Part shown: positions 38,491 through 47,447 of the stretch, piece after piece | How the letters are laid out: each line of letters begins with the position of its first letter | How positions within the stretch are numbered: position 1 is the stretch's first letter | Assembly: GCA_050951805.1 (NCBI GenBank) | Contig: JBMNJT010000002.1 | Span: 800,001 to 864,000, forward strand | Origin: Bacillota bacterium | GTDB taxonomy: Bacteria > Bacillota > DTU025 | Direction: 5' to 3' | DNA length: 64,000 nucleotides | Made by a program: the position numbers and the translations under genes | Notes under the pieces: generated by a model | Database searches by the model: none | Seen by the model: the letters and a program-made list of their open reading frames with translations, nothing else | What the model was told of the DNA's origin: nothing

Positions 38491-39485
38491 ATTGCCGGCG
38501 TGTATGGGGACGCCAGGACTCCAACGAGTCTGTGAGAAGCATGTCAAAAGGTAAATCTCAAATAGGCTGCCAGGCTTAGGCAGCCGTGCGAATCTGTGCC
38601 GGAGACAAGTTTGGGCAGGCCGAATAAACCACCCAGATGTGTAGGCGTCTTCGCGAAAGTCGGGTTCGGTTACGGCTGAGGCGCTCAGCCAAGTTCTGTG
38701 AGCGTTCAAGTCACATTGCATCGTTTGTGGCGTTGAACGTGTGGAGGCATGCTGGACTATAGGATGTAAGCCCTTTTCGACGTAGAAGCATTTGATCACA
38801 TTGTAGGCATCGAAAGCATCATCGGTCGACCGGTTTTTGCGCATCACAAGTAGCTTTGAAAAGTAGTTCAGTGCTTTCAAACAGCTTTCACATGGGCACG
38901 TGTATAAAGCTCAGTTCGAAGTCGCTTGGTGGGCGTAGATTGAATTGTTGCCGAAAACAGGCTTATTCGGAGTAGCTCTATCGACACGCGTTGGACTGCT
39001 TTTTGCGAGTGAGGGTCGGTTTATGCAGTGAACATATCCATAAAAAGGTATCAGCTAGTTCGCCTCAATTGGATGTGACTAGAAGTTAGCCAGGTTCGTT
39101 GCCAACCTCTGATTTTCCTCGCAGCAAACCTTGGCCATCGCCATACACTTCTTGTCCGGGCCTCAAAGGTCAGCTCAGTCTTCCGGCGGCGTTTGCGCGA
39201 CTGATTACTATTTGGCGTAAGGGGTTTGGCTGCTTCAGGGAGCGCTCAAATGCCTTTTAGCGCATACCTGAGCAATCACCTTGTCAAATCAAGTGGTCTA
39301 GATTTGAACCGCAGGCAGTACAGACTCCAAGGTCGCGCAGAAACTTATCGAGACCTACTTAGAACGCGGGTGCCCCCTGTTTTGGTTCAGCCCTATCTGT
39401 GGGCATTTCCTCATGATGTAAAGGCGATACACAGTTTCGAAAAGCGTGTCAGCCATTAGCGTGGGCAACCATTCGTATGCGAGTT

Positions 39486-39512
39486 GGGCGGGACCGTGCA
39501 CGGTCCCGCCCG
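39486..39512. terminator. Terminator-like hairpin downstream of the DUF1540 gene
   Basis: Perfect palindrome gggcgggaccgtgcacggtcccgccc. Confidence 0.65.
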
Positions 39513-39532
39513 GTGTAACGCAGGGACTCCTA

Positions 39533-39784
39533 TTACATTCGAGTAGTTCGATCCGAGCGTACCGTCGTATCTGACGTTCCCTTGGGAGCGAATGTCTTGC
39601 AGCAAGTCTCGCCGATGTGGGCAGCCGGCCTTGGCTCAGCTATGGAAGCTTGCAACGCGTCGTAACTGTCTGGAAGTTGATTTGCGATTGAATCGGACGT
39701 CACCATGATCTGTGATGCATGGCAATAGTTGCCTTCATTCCAGTAATGGCAGTTGTTTACCGAACACCTAACCCTGTTATCCAT
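39533..39784 (-). CDS. DUF1540 domain small Cys-rich protein
   Basis: VRCSVNNCHYW..GNYCHASQI...TCCKTF. Confidence 0.85.
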   Translation of the reverse strand: MDNRVRCSVNNCHYWNEGNYCHASQIMVTSDSIANQLPDSYDALQASIAEPRPAAHIGETCCKTFAPKGTSDTTVRSDRTTRM

Positions 39785-39832
39785 ACCTGTTCTTTTCTCC
39801 TCTCAAAGAGACTGGCTATGAAATGCCTGCGT

Positions 39833-39863
39833 TAGTATGCCCCGATGGAACGGGGTAATAAGC
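39833..39863 (-). promoter_or_regulatory. Forespore sigma-G/F-like promoter
   Basis: Minus strand GCTTA, about 19 nt, then CATACTA (preceded by GGGG) upstream of the DUF1540 gene. Confidence 0.4.
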
Positions 39864-39974
39864 GCAGAGGGGAACGGGCGCTTTGTAACACAATAAAAGA
39901 GCACGTTCGCATCGCTGTGAGCGAAAGACGAACGCGCTCTTTTCGCTTGTGAAAGCGCCATGTTGATTGGCCAG

Positions 39975-40973
39975 CTAGTGCCAGTAGCGGGACCAGGCTG
40001 ATGTGAGAATCCACTTCACAAGATCGTCATACGTCATTCCAGCCGCCCGGGCCTGAAGCGGAAGCAAACTGACTTTGGAGAGCCCGGGCAGAGGGTTTAT
40101 CTCCAGGAAATGCGGTCGTTCTTCTGCATCGAGCCTGAAGTCGATCCTTGCCACGTCCCGACATTCCATTACCTCGAATACGGAGACGGCCATATCTGCG
40201 ATCTCCGATGCCAGGTGCTCTGGAATAGGCGCAGGAACCCTGAAGCGCTCAAGGTTTCCTGACTTGGTTTCGTATGAATAGACGAATTCGCAATCGGCTG
40301 AGTCACGATTGCCGGGGCATACTTCCATTATAGGGAGGACGTGTGGTCGTCCGTTTCCGATGATTCCGACGGTGAATTCCCTTCCTGGAAGAAACTCCTC
40401 AACAATCGCAGGCTGTGAATATGTCTCCAGTATCCACCTGACTTTTTCAGTCAGCTCATCCATGTTCCTGACGCGCGACGAATTACGTATTCCCTTGCTC
40501 GATCCTTCGTAGTTGGGCTTGACGAATACAGGAAAGTCCATATTCATGGAGGACAGATCCTCTATGGAACTGACTTTGATGTAACGGGGAGTCCTGACAC
40601 CTACAGTCGATGCCACACGTTTGGCCATGGCTTTGTCGAGGGCAATGCCGAGCGTTAAGGCATCGGAGCCAGTGTACGGGATCTCGAGCAGCTCAAGCAG
40701 TGCCGGAATAAGGGACTCCCGATTCCGCCCAGCCCAGCCTTCAGCTATGTTGAAGACAATGTCAGGCCGCGCCTCGTCCAATCTCTCCAAAAGGTCAGAT
40801 TTGTGCGGAAACAGCATCACCTTCTCACCGATCTTGGCCAGAGAGGATGAGAGCATGTCAACAGTCTCCTCTTCCTCGCATTCCGCAGCCAGATCGGGAA
40901 CGCTGTTTGCTTTCCCGACAAGGCCGGGGAAGTCCTTCTTCAGATTGAAGACAACCCCTATTGTATGCATCAT
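39975..40973 (-). CDS. D-Ala-D-Ala ligase-family ATP-grasp protein
   Basis: VFNIAEG, IPYTGS, FVKP..EGSSKGI, EEFLPGREFTVG, RIDFR, LEINPLPGL. Confidence 0.88.
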   Translation of the reverse strand: MMHTIGVVFNLKKDFPGLVGKANSVPDLAAECEEEETVDMLSSSLAKIGEKVMLFPHKSDLLERLDEARPDIVFNIAEGWAGRNRESLIPALLELLEIPYTGSDALTLGIALDKAMAKRVASTVGVRTPRYIKVSSIEDLSSMNMDFPVFVKPNYEGSSKGIRNSSRVRNMDELTEKVRWILETYSQPAIVEEFLPGREFTVGIIGNGRPHVLPIMEVCPGNRDSADCEFVYSYETKSGNLERFRVPAPIPEHLASEIADMAVSVFEVMECRDVARIDFRLDAEERPHFLEINPLPGLSKVSLLPLQARAAGMTYDDLVKWILTSAWSRYWH

Positions 40974-41278
40974 TCTTAATGACCATCCTCCGCATCATCA
41001 AGTCTTTGCCTAGGTCAAGCTGATAATATCTCCACTATTCTCCTACGTCCAGAACGCTGGAAGGCCCGTTCAATCACCAGGGGACCTAGGCGAGGGTTTC
41101 TGCAGATCATGTGAGGCATGACATTGTTTTTCATGCTCTAGCGTGGTTGCACGCGCTATATTGCGGTTTCAGCCTTAGCTTCCGGCTTGTCTTTGTCCGT
41201 GCATATCCATGGAACAGTGCTGAGAGAATAATACCAGCACGTTGTGCGAGCCAACCAGGACAGGAGTGTAACTGATCG

Positions 41279-41989
41279 ATGAACCTGAAAACACCGATTA
41301 TGGGTTTGACTGTAGGCGCCATGATCTTCATTGTGGTGCTTTTATGCGCTGCAACCCCTGCTAAAGCCGAGACAAGGCCGACGCTGTACTGGGGTTCCAG
41401 AGGGCGTTCGGTTAGACTCGTTCAATGGAAGCTTTCCGATTGGGGTTATTACCGAGGGTGGGTAGATGGCGTTTTCGGCGCCAATACCCACAGAGCAGTT
41501 TTGGCATTTCAGCGCAAAAACGGGCTGAAGGTGGACGGCCTCGTTGGACCGCAGACATGGAGGGCTCTTGGCTTCGGCTACACGGTGGCTGCTGAGGCGC
41601 CCGCGGCCTACAAGCCGGCGCCAATGGCATCTAGGTCGGCGTCGGTAGATTTGGTTGCCCGCGCGATAGCCGCTGAGGCCAGGGGAGAGCCTTACCGTGG
41701 CCAGGTTGGAGTGGGGGCGGTTCTAATGAACCGATTGAAAAACCCCAAGTTTCCACACTCGCTGTCAGCTGTGATCTTTCAGCCGAATGCCTTGGAATCT
41801 GTGTCCAACGGGCTGTACTGGCGAAGAACACCAGATCAAATTGCGTACAGCGCCGCTCGAGATGCGATAAACGGGTTTGACCCTACCTACGGATCCCTTT
41901 TCTTCTGGAACCCCGCAAAGCCGGTATCTGGATGGATTTGGACTCGGAATATCATTGTCAAAATCGGTAAGCATGTTTTTGCCCGCTGA
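41279..41989 (+). CDS. sleB: Spore cortex-lytic enzyme SleB (signal, PG-binding, hydrolase)
   Basis: DGVFG..T..AV..FQ..NGL.VDG.VGP; AEARGEPY..QVGVGAV..NR; IGKHVF. Confidence 0.93.
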   Translation: MNLKTPIMGLTVGAMIFIVVLLCAATPAKAETRPTLYWGSRGRSVRLVQWKLSDWGYYRGWVDGVFGANTHRAVLAFQRKNGLKVDGLVGPQTWRALGFGYTVAAEAPAAYKPAPMASRSASVDLVARAIAAEARGEPYRGQVGVGAVLMNRLKNPKFPHSLSAVIFQPNALESVSNGLYWRRTPDQIAYSAARDAINGFDPTYGSLFFWNPAKPVSGWIWTRNIIVKIGKHVFAR

Positions 41990-42027
41990 TGCAAAGCGGG
42001 GTTTTGATCGGAAGGAGGTATGCCAAC

Positions 42028-42477
42028 ATGAGAATGCCCAACGCACGGATCCTTGTCTTTGTAGTGCTTGCAGTTGCCGTCGTTATTGGAACGGTTGCGC
42101 ATATTGGTCGAGCTCAAAGCCGTAGCGGCGACGTCAACCTTCTTGCCCGCCTGATTGCAGCCGAGGCTGAAGGTGAGCCATACCAGGGGATGGTAGCTGT
42201 CGGCGCTGTCATGCTCAACCGAGTGGCGAGTCCCAAATTTCCCAATTCAATATCTGGATGTGTATTCCAACCTGGAGCATTTGAATCTGTCTCAAACGGA
42301 TTGATATGGAGGCGCTCTCCGAGCAGACAGGCGATATCTGCCGCAAGAGATGCTATGAACGGTTACGATCCTACATATGGGTGCGTATTCTTCTGGAACC
42401 CTGCCAAACCCGTATCAGGATGGATATGGAGCAGAAGCATTGCTGTAAAAATAGGCAAACACGTGTTTGCCAGGTAG
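42028..42477 (+). CDS. Second SleB-like cell wall hydrolase (catalytic domain only)
   Basis: LLARLIAAEAEGEPY..VGAVMLNRV..FPNSI..; ends KIGKHVFAR like the upstream gene; AGGAGG RBS. Confidence 0.88.
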   Translation: MRMPNARILVFVVLAVAVVIGTVAHIGRAQSRSGDVNLLARLIAAEAEGEPYQGMVAVGAVMLNRVASPKFPNSISGCVFQPGAFESVSNGLIWRRSPSRQAISAARDAMNGYDPTYGCVFFWNPAKPVSGWIWSRSIAVKIGKHVFAR

Positions 42478-42487
42478 AAAGGGGACA

Positions 42488-43906
42488 ATGCAAATGACCG
42501 ATGGGACAAGCGGAGCGCGCGGGCAGATGCGCAATTGGCCACAGGCGCTCCTACTAGTAATTGTAATTGTGAGCCTTGTGTTTGCCTATTCGCAATGGGC
42601 CGCCAAGCAAAGGCTGGAAGTGGCGGTGGGGAACCAGTATTTTCGGTCATTCTTCGATCTTCTGGGAAATGTAGACAATGTCCGAGTAGCGCTATCCAAG
42701 AGCCTTGCATCCGGTTCTCCCAGACTCCGCGTGGGTGCGCTCTCTGATGTTTGGCGGGAGGCCAGCAATGCGCAGGCGAATCTGAACAACCTTCCTGTAA
42801 CCCACAAGGTTTTGGCGCGGACTTCAGCCTTCCTGACACAGGTAGGCGACTTTGCGTTTACAACTGCGCGCAAGGTAGCGAACCAGCAGGTGATGAGCGA
42901 GGATGATTGGAACAAACTTGTCGACATGAAGAAGCAATCGGAAGACCTGGCGCGTGGACTCGCCGACATGCAGGCACAGGTATCTACAGGTAAGGTGAAT
43001 TGGGTTAGAGTAGCCGAACAGGCAAAATCAGAAGTGAAACCGAAACCAGGCACAAGCGCTACTCCAGATGTGGTTAAGGACGGCTTCACTAGAGTCGACG
43101 AACAGGTTCAGACTTTCCCGACTCTGATATATGACGGACCTTTCTCGGATCATATCGAGCAGATCAGGCCAAGGGGAATCACTGGCGCGGAGATCACCGC
43201 CGATCAGGCCAAAGAGGTGGCTCGCAGATTCGTTCCATTTGACGCCTCATCCCATTTTGCAACGGTGGAAGAGAATATAAAGGCCAAAGGGGACATTGAC
43301 ATCTACAGGGTGCGGCTTGACGCCCCGAAGAGGAGCGGAAAGCCGGACGCAGTTGTTGACGTGACGAAGAAGGGCGGACACGTTGTGCTGATGAACGTGG
43401 CGCGGGATCTTGACAAAAAGACGATAGATCTGGCTGAGTCTGTCAAGCGTGCTAGCGCCTTCTTAAGCAAAGTTGGAATGGTCAATATGACTCCCACATT
43501 TGCATCTGAGGTTGGTGATGTCACTATTGTCCCGTTCGTATACACGCAGGATGGTGTGGTGATCTATCCGGACCAGGTCAAAGTGAAGGTGGCTTTGGAC
43601 AATGGTGATATTCTCTCCTATGATGCATTGGCCTACCTAACCTCCCACACTATGCGCCGACTTCCCAAACCTTCGATCGATGCAGATGAGGCACGGGAAC
43701 TCCTCAGTCCGGCGCTTACGGTAACCGAGTCGGCCCGTCTTGCGGTGATCCCAGTGGAGACAGTTGACACGCCCGAGGCGTTCTGCTGGGAGTTTAGGGG
43801 TACATCCTATGGAGAACAGTTTTTTGTTTACATCAATGCTGAAAAAGGAACCGAGGAGAAAGTACTGCAGCTCATTACCACGTCAGAGGGGAGTCTGACC
43901 ATGTAG
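42488..43906 (+). CDS. ypeB: Germination protein YpeB
   Basis: N-terminal TM, FLTQVGDF, PTLIYDGPFSDH, IYPDQVKVKVALDNG, PepSY-like C-terminus; follows sleB. Confidence 0.93.
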   Translation: MQMTDGTSGARGQMRNWPQALLLVIVIVSLVFAYSQWAAKQRLEVAVGNQYFRSFFDLLGNVDNVRVALSKSLASGSPRLRVGALSDVWREASNAQANLNNLPVTHKVLARTSAFLTQVGDFAFTTARKVANQQVMSEDDWNKLVDMKKQSEDLARGLADMQAQVSTGKVNWVRVAEQAKSEVKPKPGTSATPDVVKDGFTRVDEQVQTFPTLIYDGPFSDHIEQIRPRGITGAEITADQAKEVARRFVPFDASSHFATVEENIKAKGDIDIYRVRLDAPKRSGKPDAVVDVTKKGGHVVLMNVARDLDKKTIDLAESVKRASAFLSKVGMVNMTPTFASEVGDVTIVPFVYTQDGVVIYPDQVKVKVALDNGDILSYDALAYLTSHTMRRLPKPSIDADEARELLSPALTVTESARLAVIPVETVDTPEAFCWEFRGTSYGEQFFVYINAEKGTEEKVLQLITTSEGSLTM

Positions 43907-44019
43907 TGGCACGGCTTAAGTCGCGCCATATGGGACCTGGCGAAAGGAAGACGGGTGAGGCCTGTGGAATTACTCAGACCTGTGTGGCCCAAAAGGCCTA
44001 AAACAGGGAGGTGTGTGCA

Positions 44020-44622
44020 CTGTCTGAACACTATTTCACGACCTCACCCACATCTCCGCACGAGCGCCGAATCATACCCTATACTCCGAGAGGTGGCAGG
44101 GAACTCAGCTTTGAAACGGATGCCGGGGTTTTCTCGAAGACTCGTGTGGATCGAGGCACAGACCAGCTTATACAGGCTATCCGGATTAGTCCGGGTCAGT
44201 CCCTCTTGGATCTAGGATGCGGTTACGGAGTTGTTGGGATCTCCATCGCCTCACTTCATCCGGAATGTGAGATATGGATGACTGACATCAATGAACGCGC
44301 TTGCGAGCTTGCCCGGGCCAACGCCCGCAGAAATGGAGTGGAGCGCGTGACGGTTGTGTCAGGAGATGGTTTTGACCCTGTTCGGGGCAGGATGTTCCAT
44401 GTTATAGCGACCAATCCGCCTATCCGCGCCGGCCGGGCGGTCCTGTATCGTTTGATTGAAGAGGCCCATGATCACCTTGAGCCTGGTGGAAGCTTCTACG
44501 CAGTAGTTCGCACCAAACAGGGGGCTGCTTCTCTCAAAGCATTTATTGCTCAAACCTACGGCAACGCTGATGAGCCTGAAATAGGCGGGGGCTATAGAGT
44601 GATAAGGGCTTTCAGGGAGTGA
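44020..44622 (+). CDS. Class I SAM-dependent methyltransferase (MTS/RsmC-like, YbxB type)
   Basis: SEHYF, GVFS..VD.GT, LDLGCGYG, TNPPIRAG, KQGA; start CTG 44020 or GTG 44011. Confidence 0.9.
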   Translation: MSEHYFTTSPTSPHERRIIPYTPRGGRELSFETDAGVFSKTRVDRGTDQLIQAIRISPGQSLLDLGCGYGVVGISIASLHPECEIWMTDINERACELARANARRNGVERVTVVSGDGFDPVRGRMFHVIATNPPIRAGRAVLYRLIEEAHDHLEPGGSFYAVVRTKQGAASLKAFIAQTYGNADEPEIGGGYRVIRAFRE

Positions 44623-44708
44623 CCAGTCAGTCTTGCGCATTTTGGAGCAGGTTGTCAGGCCGGACAAAAGCTGTGGGCAGCACGGAGCTTAGGCATATCG
44701 GACACAGG

Positions 44709-44737
44709 TCATTTGGAGGGTGCCTCCGGCATATTCT
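44709..44737 (+). promoter_or_regulatory. Sigma-E-like sporulation promoter of cwlD
   Basis: TCATTTG, 14-nt spacer, CATATTCT. Confidence 0.4.
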
Positions 44738-44792
44738 GTTTAGGAGCTGAGGCCGCATAAGTCGCGAGCCTTGCCGCCTGGAGGCCTGCGAA

Positions 44793-46049
44793 ATGAAAAG
44801 ACCTGTGATCTTTATCGCGTTGCCGGTGCGCACAGCTGTCTTGATTGGTATAGCAGTGCTGATTGGTGTTGTGATCTATGCTGTGCAGGTCCTTGTTGTC
44901 ACTACATTGGCGCCGGTCCGCGATGTCGTCTCCGGAAAGACAGTGGCTATAGACGCCGGACATGGCGGCCCGGATTCTGGCGCCCGCGGAAAAAGTGGAA
45001 TCATAGAGAAGGACATCAATCTTCACATCGCATTGGAGCTAAGGCAATTGCTAGGGCGCGTAGCTGTGTATACTGTGATGACCCGGGAATCAGACCATGG
45101 CCTGATCGCAGACGGAGAGGACATCACAGGATCCAGAAAGCGCATGGAGCTGGAACGGCGGGCGAATCTCGTGAACGCCAACTCTCCAGACATATTCGTC
45201 ACGATACACACCAACAGCTTTCCTGAGCCGCAGTGGTCCGGCGCACAGGTCTTCTATAATGCCGCGTCAGCGGAGGGCAGGAAACTGGCTGTACATATCC
45301 AGACTGAGCTGGTAAACCGCCTCGGACCCAACACTCGGAAGGCTCGCCCAGCCGACATATACTTGCTCAAGAAGGTAAAGGCGCCTTCTGCCCTTGTAGA
45401 GGTAGGGTTTCTGTCGAACCCGCGCGAGGAAAGGCTTCTTGCAGATGCCGCCTATCGCGTGAAAGTTGCAGAAGCAGTATTCCATGGAATTATGGCCTAT
45501 TTCATGGACAGCCAGGGTGAAGCAGGCAATGTTCTTGCGCCAGACGATGATTCGGATGAAGCATGGGGCCTTGTTACGAAAGTAGGCACTGCTACATCTC
45601 AGCTTACTCCTGATTCCACCATCCTCTACTTTGGTGGCCCCACGAATCTCGATGATTCGCTGATGCCTGAGGCCAGGGAGATACCGGGACTGAAAAGCCT
45701 CAACAAGATTGAAGCCCTCGCCGCAGTTGTGCGAGCGACAATAGCAGGGCCGGGCAAGGACAGCATACTCCAGCCGACAATTCCGCGGGGCACGGTATTG
45801 CGTTCAGTTAGACTGCAGGGAGACACAGCTGTGGCCGACTTCAGCGCTGAGCTGGTAATGAATCACTGGGGAGGCAGTCGTTCAGAGGAGATGACGGTGT
45901 ACTCGATTGTCAATGCCCTGACCGAGTTTTCGTATGTAAAGAAGGTTGAGATTCTGGTAGAGGGGAAGCCTCTCCAGACTATCTCGGGCCATATGCAGAT
46001 AGAGGGCCCTCTGGAACGAAACCTGTCAATTGTCCATTTTAGAACGTAG
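44793..46049 (+). CDS. cwlD: N-acetylmuramoyl-L-alanine amidase CwlD fused to a GerMN domain
   Basis: IDAGHGG.D, EKDINL, IHTNSF, LVEVGFLSN; C-terminal IPRGT.L...ADFS..GS..E...YSIVNALT. Confidence 0.88.
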   Translation: MKRPVIFIALPVRTAVLIGIAVLIGVVIYAVQVLVVTTLAPVRDVVSGKTVAIDAGHGGPDSGARGKSGIIEKDINLHIALELRQLLGRVAVYTVMTRESDHGLIADGEDITGSRKRMELERRANLVNANSPDIFVTIHTNSFPEPQWSGAQVFYNAASAEGRKLAVHIQTELVNRLGPNTRKARPADIYLLKKVKAPSALVEVGFLSNPREERLLADAAYRVKVAEAVFHGIMAYFMDSQGEAGNVLAPDDDSDEAWGLVTKVGTATSQLTPDSTILYFGGPTNLDDSLMPEAREIPGLKSLNKIEALAAVVRATIAGPGKDSILQPTIPRGTVLRSVRLQGDTAVADFSAELVMNHWGGSRSEEMTVYSIVNALTEFSYVKKVEILVEGKPLQTISGHMQIEGPLERNLSIVHFRT

Positions 46050-46148
46050 TCAAGGTGAAGTTGGAGCACAAGGATAAAAGGCGCCGGATGAAGAATAGCT
46101 ATTTATAGGCGCGCATTGGAAATGCAAGGTGCCCTGGAGGTCGGAACT

Positions 46149-47447
46149 GTGGAACTAGTTATAGCAGGTGGCAAGCGGCTTGTGGGGTCGGTTCGCGCTG
46201 GTGGAAGCAAGAACGCTGCAATCGCGATAATGGCAGGATCACTCTTGGCTGAAGGCGATACCATTATCGAGAACGCGCCTGGCGCCAGGGATGTCTCCGT
46301 GATGTCGGCAGTGCTTCGAGAGATGGGGGTCAGTATCAGGAGGGCGGGCCCCTCAGCTCTGCGTGTTCGCACACATCGCTTGATTCATCATGAACCACCG
46401 TATGAGCTCGCCAAGACGCTCAGGGCTTCCAGCCTTTTGCTAGGCCCTCTCCTAGCAAGAAAGGGGAAGGCGAGCATTCCATTGCCAGGCGGCGACAGTA
46501 TTGGATCGAGGCCTATGGACTTGCACATTAAGGGGCTCCGCGCCCTTGGCGCTGACATCGAGGTTGAACACGGATACATCGTGGCCAAGGCTCCTCGCCT
46601 GGAAGGAGCTAGAGTTTATCTTGATTTTCCCAGCGTTGGCGCCACAGAAAACATCATGATGGCTGCTTGCCTTGCAAATGGGACAAGCATCATAGAGAAC
46701 GCCGCTAAAGAGCCTGAAATTGTAGATCTTGCCAATTTCCTCACCTTGATGGGCGCAAACATACGTGGGGCTGGGACTGATACGATTCGCGTCGACGGGG
46801 TCGATTCATTGAGAGGAGTTGCTTACTCCGTAATTCCCGACAGGATTGAGGCCGCCACTCTTCTGGCAGCGGGAATAATCACCCATGGGCAGGTTAAAGT
46901 CGGCAATATCATCCCTACGCATCTTGAGTCTGTGCTTTCCAAGTTTAGCGAAATGGGCGCTTCCATAACAGTTGGCGATGACTATGTTGAGGCAGCAATG
47001 GATGGCCCGATACAGCCATGCGACACAAAAACCCTTCCTTATCCAGGATTTCCTACTGACATGCAGCCACAGCTTTCGGCTGTCCTGTCCGTCGCATCAG
47101 GGGTGAGCGTCATTACTGAGTCGGTGTTTGAAAGCCGTTTCTTCCACGTGGACGAGCTCAAGAGGATGGGGGCTGATATTCGCCTTGAGGGCAGGAGCAT
47201 CATAGTCGAGGGGGTACCTGGCCTCACTGGCGCTAGGGTACATGCTGGCGATCTAAGAACAGGTGCGGCGCTGATCTTGGCAGGGTTGGCTGCGGAGGGC
47301 GAAACAGTGATCTCTGGGGCGGAAAATATCGACCGCGGACACGATGACCTCTGCTCGAAGATGAATTCTCTGGGCGCCCGTGTGAAGCGGCAGGATTCTC
47401 AGAGGTGTGTCGCGGCAGGGGAGGAGAATGAGACATGGGTGAACTAG
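46149..47447 (+). CDS. murA: UDP-N-acetylglucosamine 1-carboxyvinyltransferase
   Basis: GSKNA, RAS, LPGGDSIGSRP, SVGATEN, EPEIVD, PDRIEA, PGFPTDMQ. Confidence 0.95.
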   Translation: MELVIAGGKRLVGSVRAGGSKNAAIAIMAGSLLAEGDTIIENAPGARDVSVMSAVLREMGVSIRRAGPSALRVRTHRLIHHEPPYELAKTLRASSLLLGPLLARKGKASIPLPGGDSIGSRPMDLHIKGLRALGADIEVEHGYIVAKAPRLEGARVYLDFPSVGATENIMMAACLANGTSIIENAAKEPEIVDLANFLTLMGANIRGAGTDTIRVDGVDSLRGVAYSVIPDRIEAATLLAAGIITHGQVKVGNIIPTHLESVLSKFSEMGASITVGDDYVEAAMDGPIQPCDTKTLPYPGFPTDMQPQLSAVLSVASGVSVITESVFESRFFHVDELKRMGADIRLEGRSIIVEGVPGLTGARVHAGDLRTGAALILAGLAAEGETVISGAENIDRGHDDLCSKMNSLGARVKRQDSQRCVAAGEENETWVN

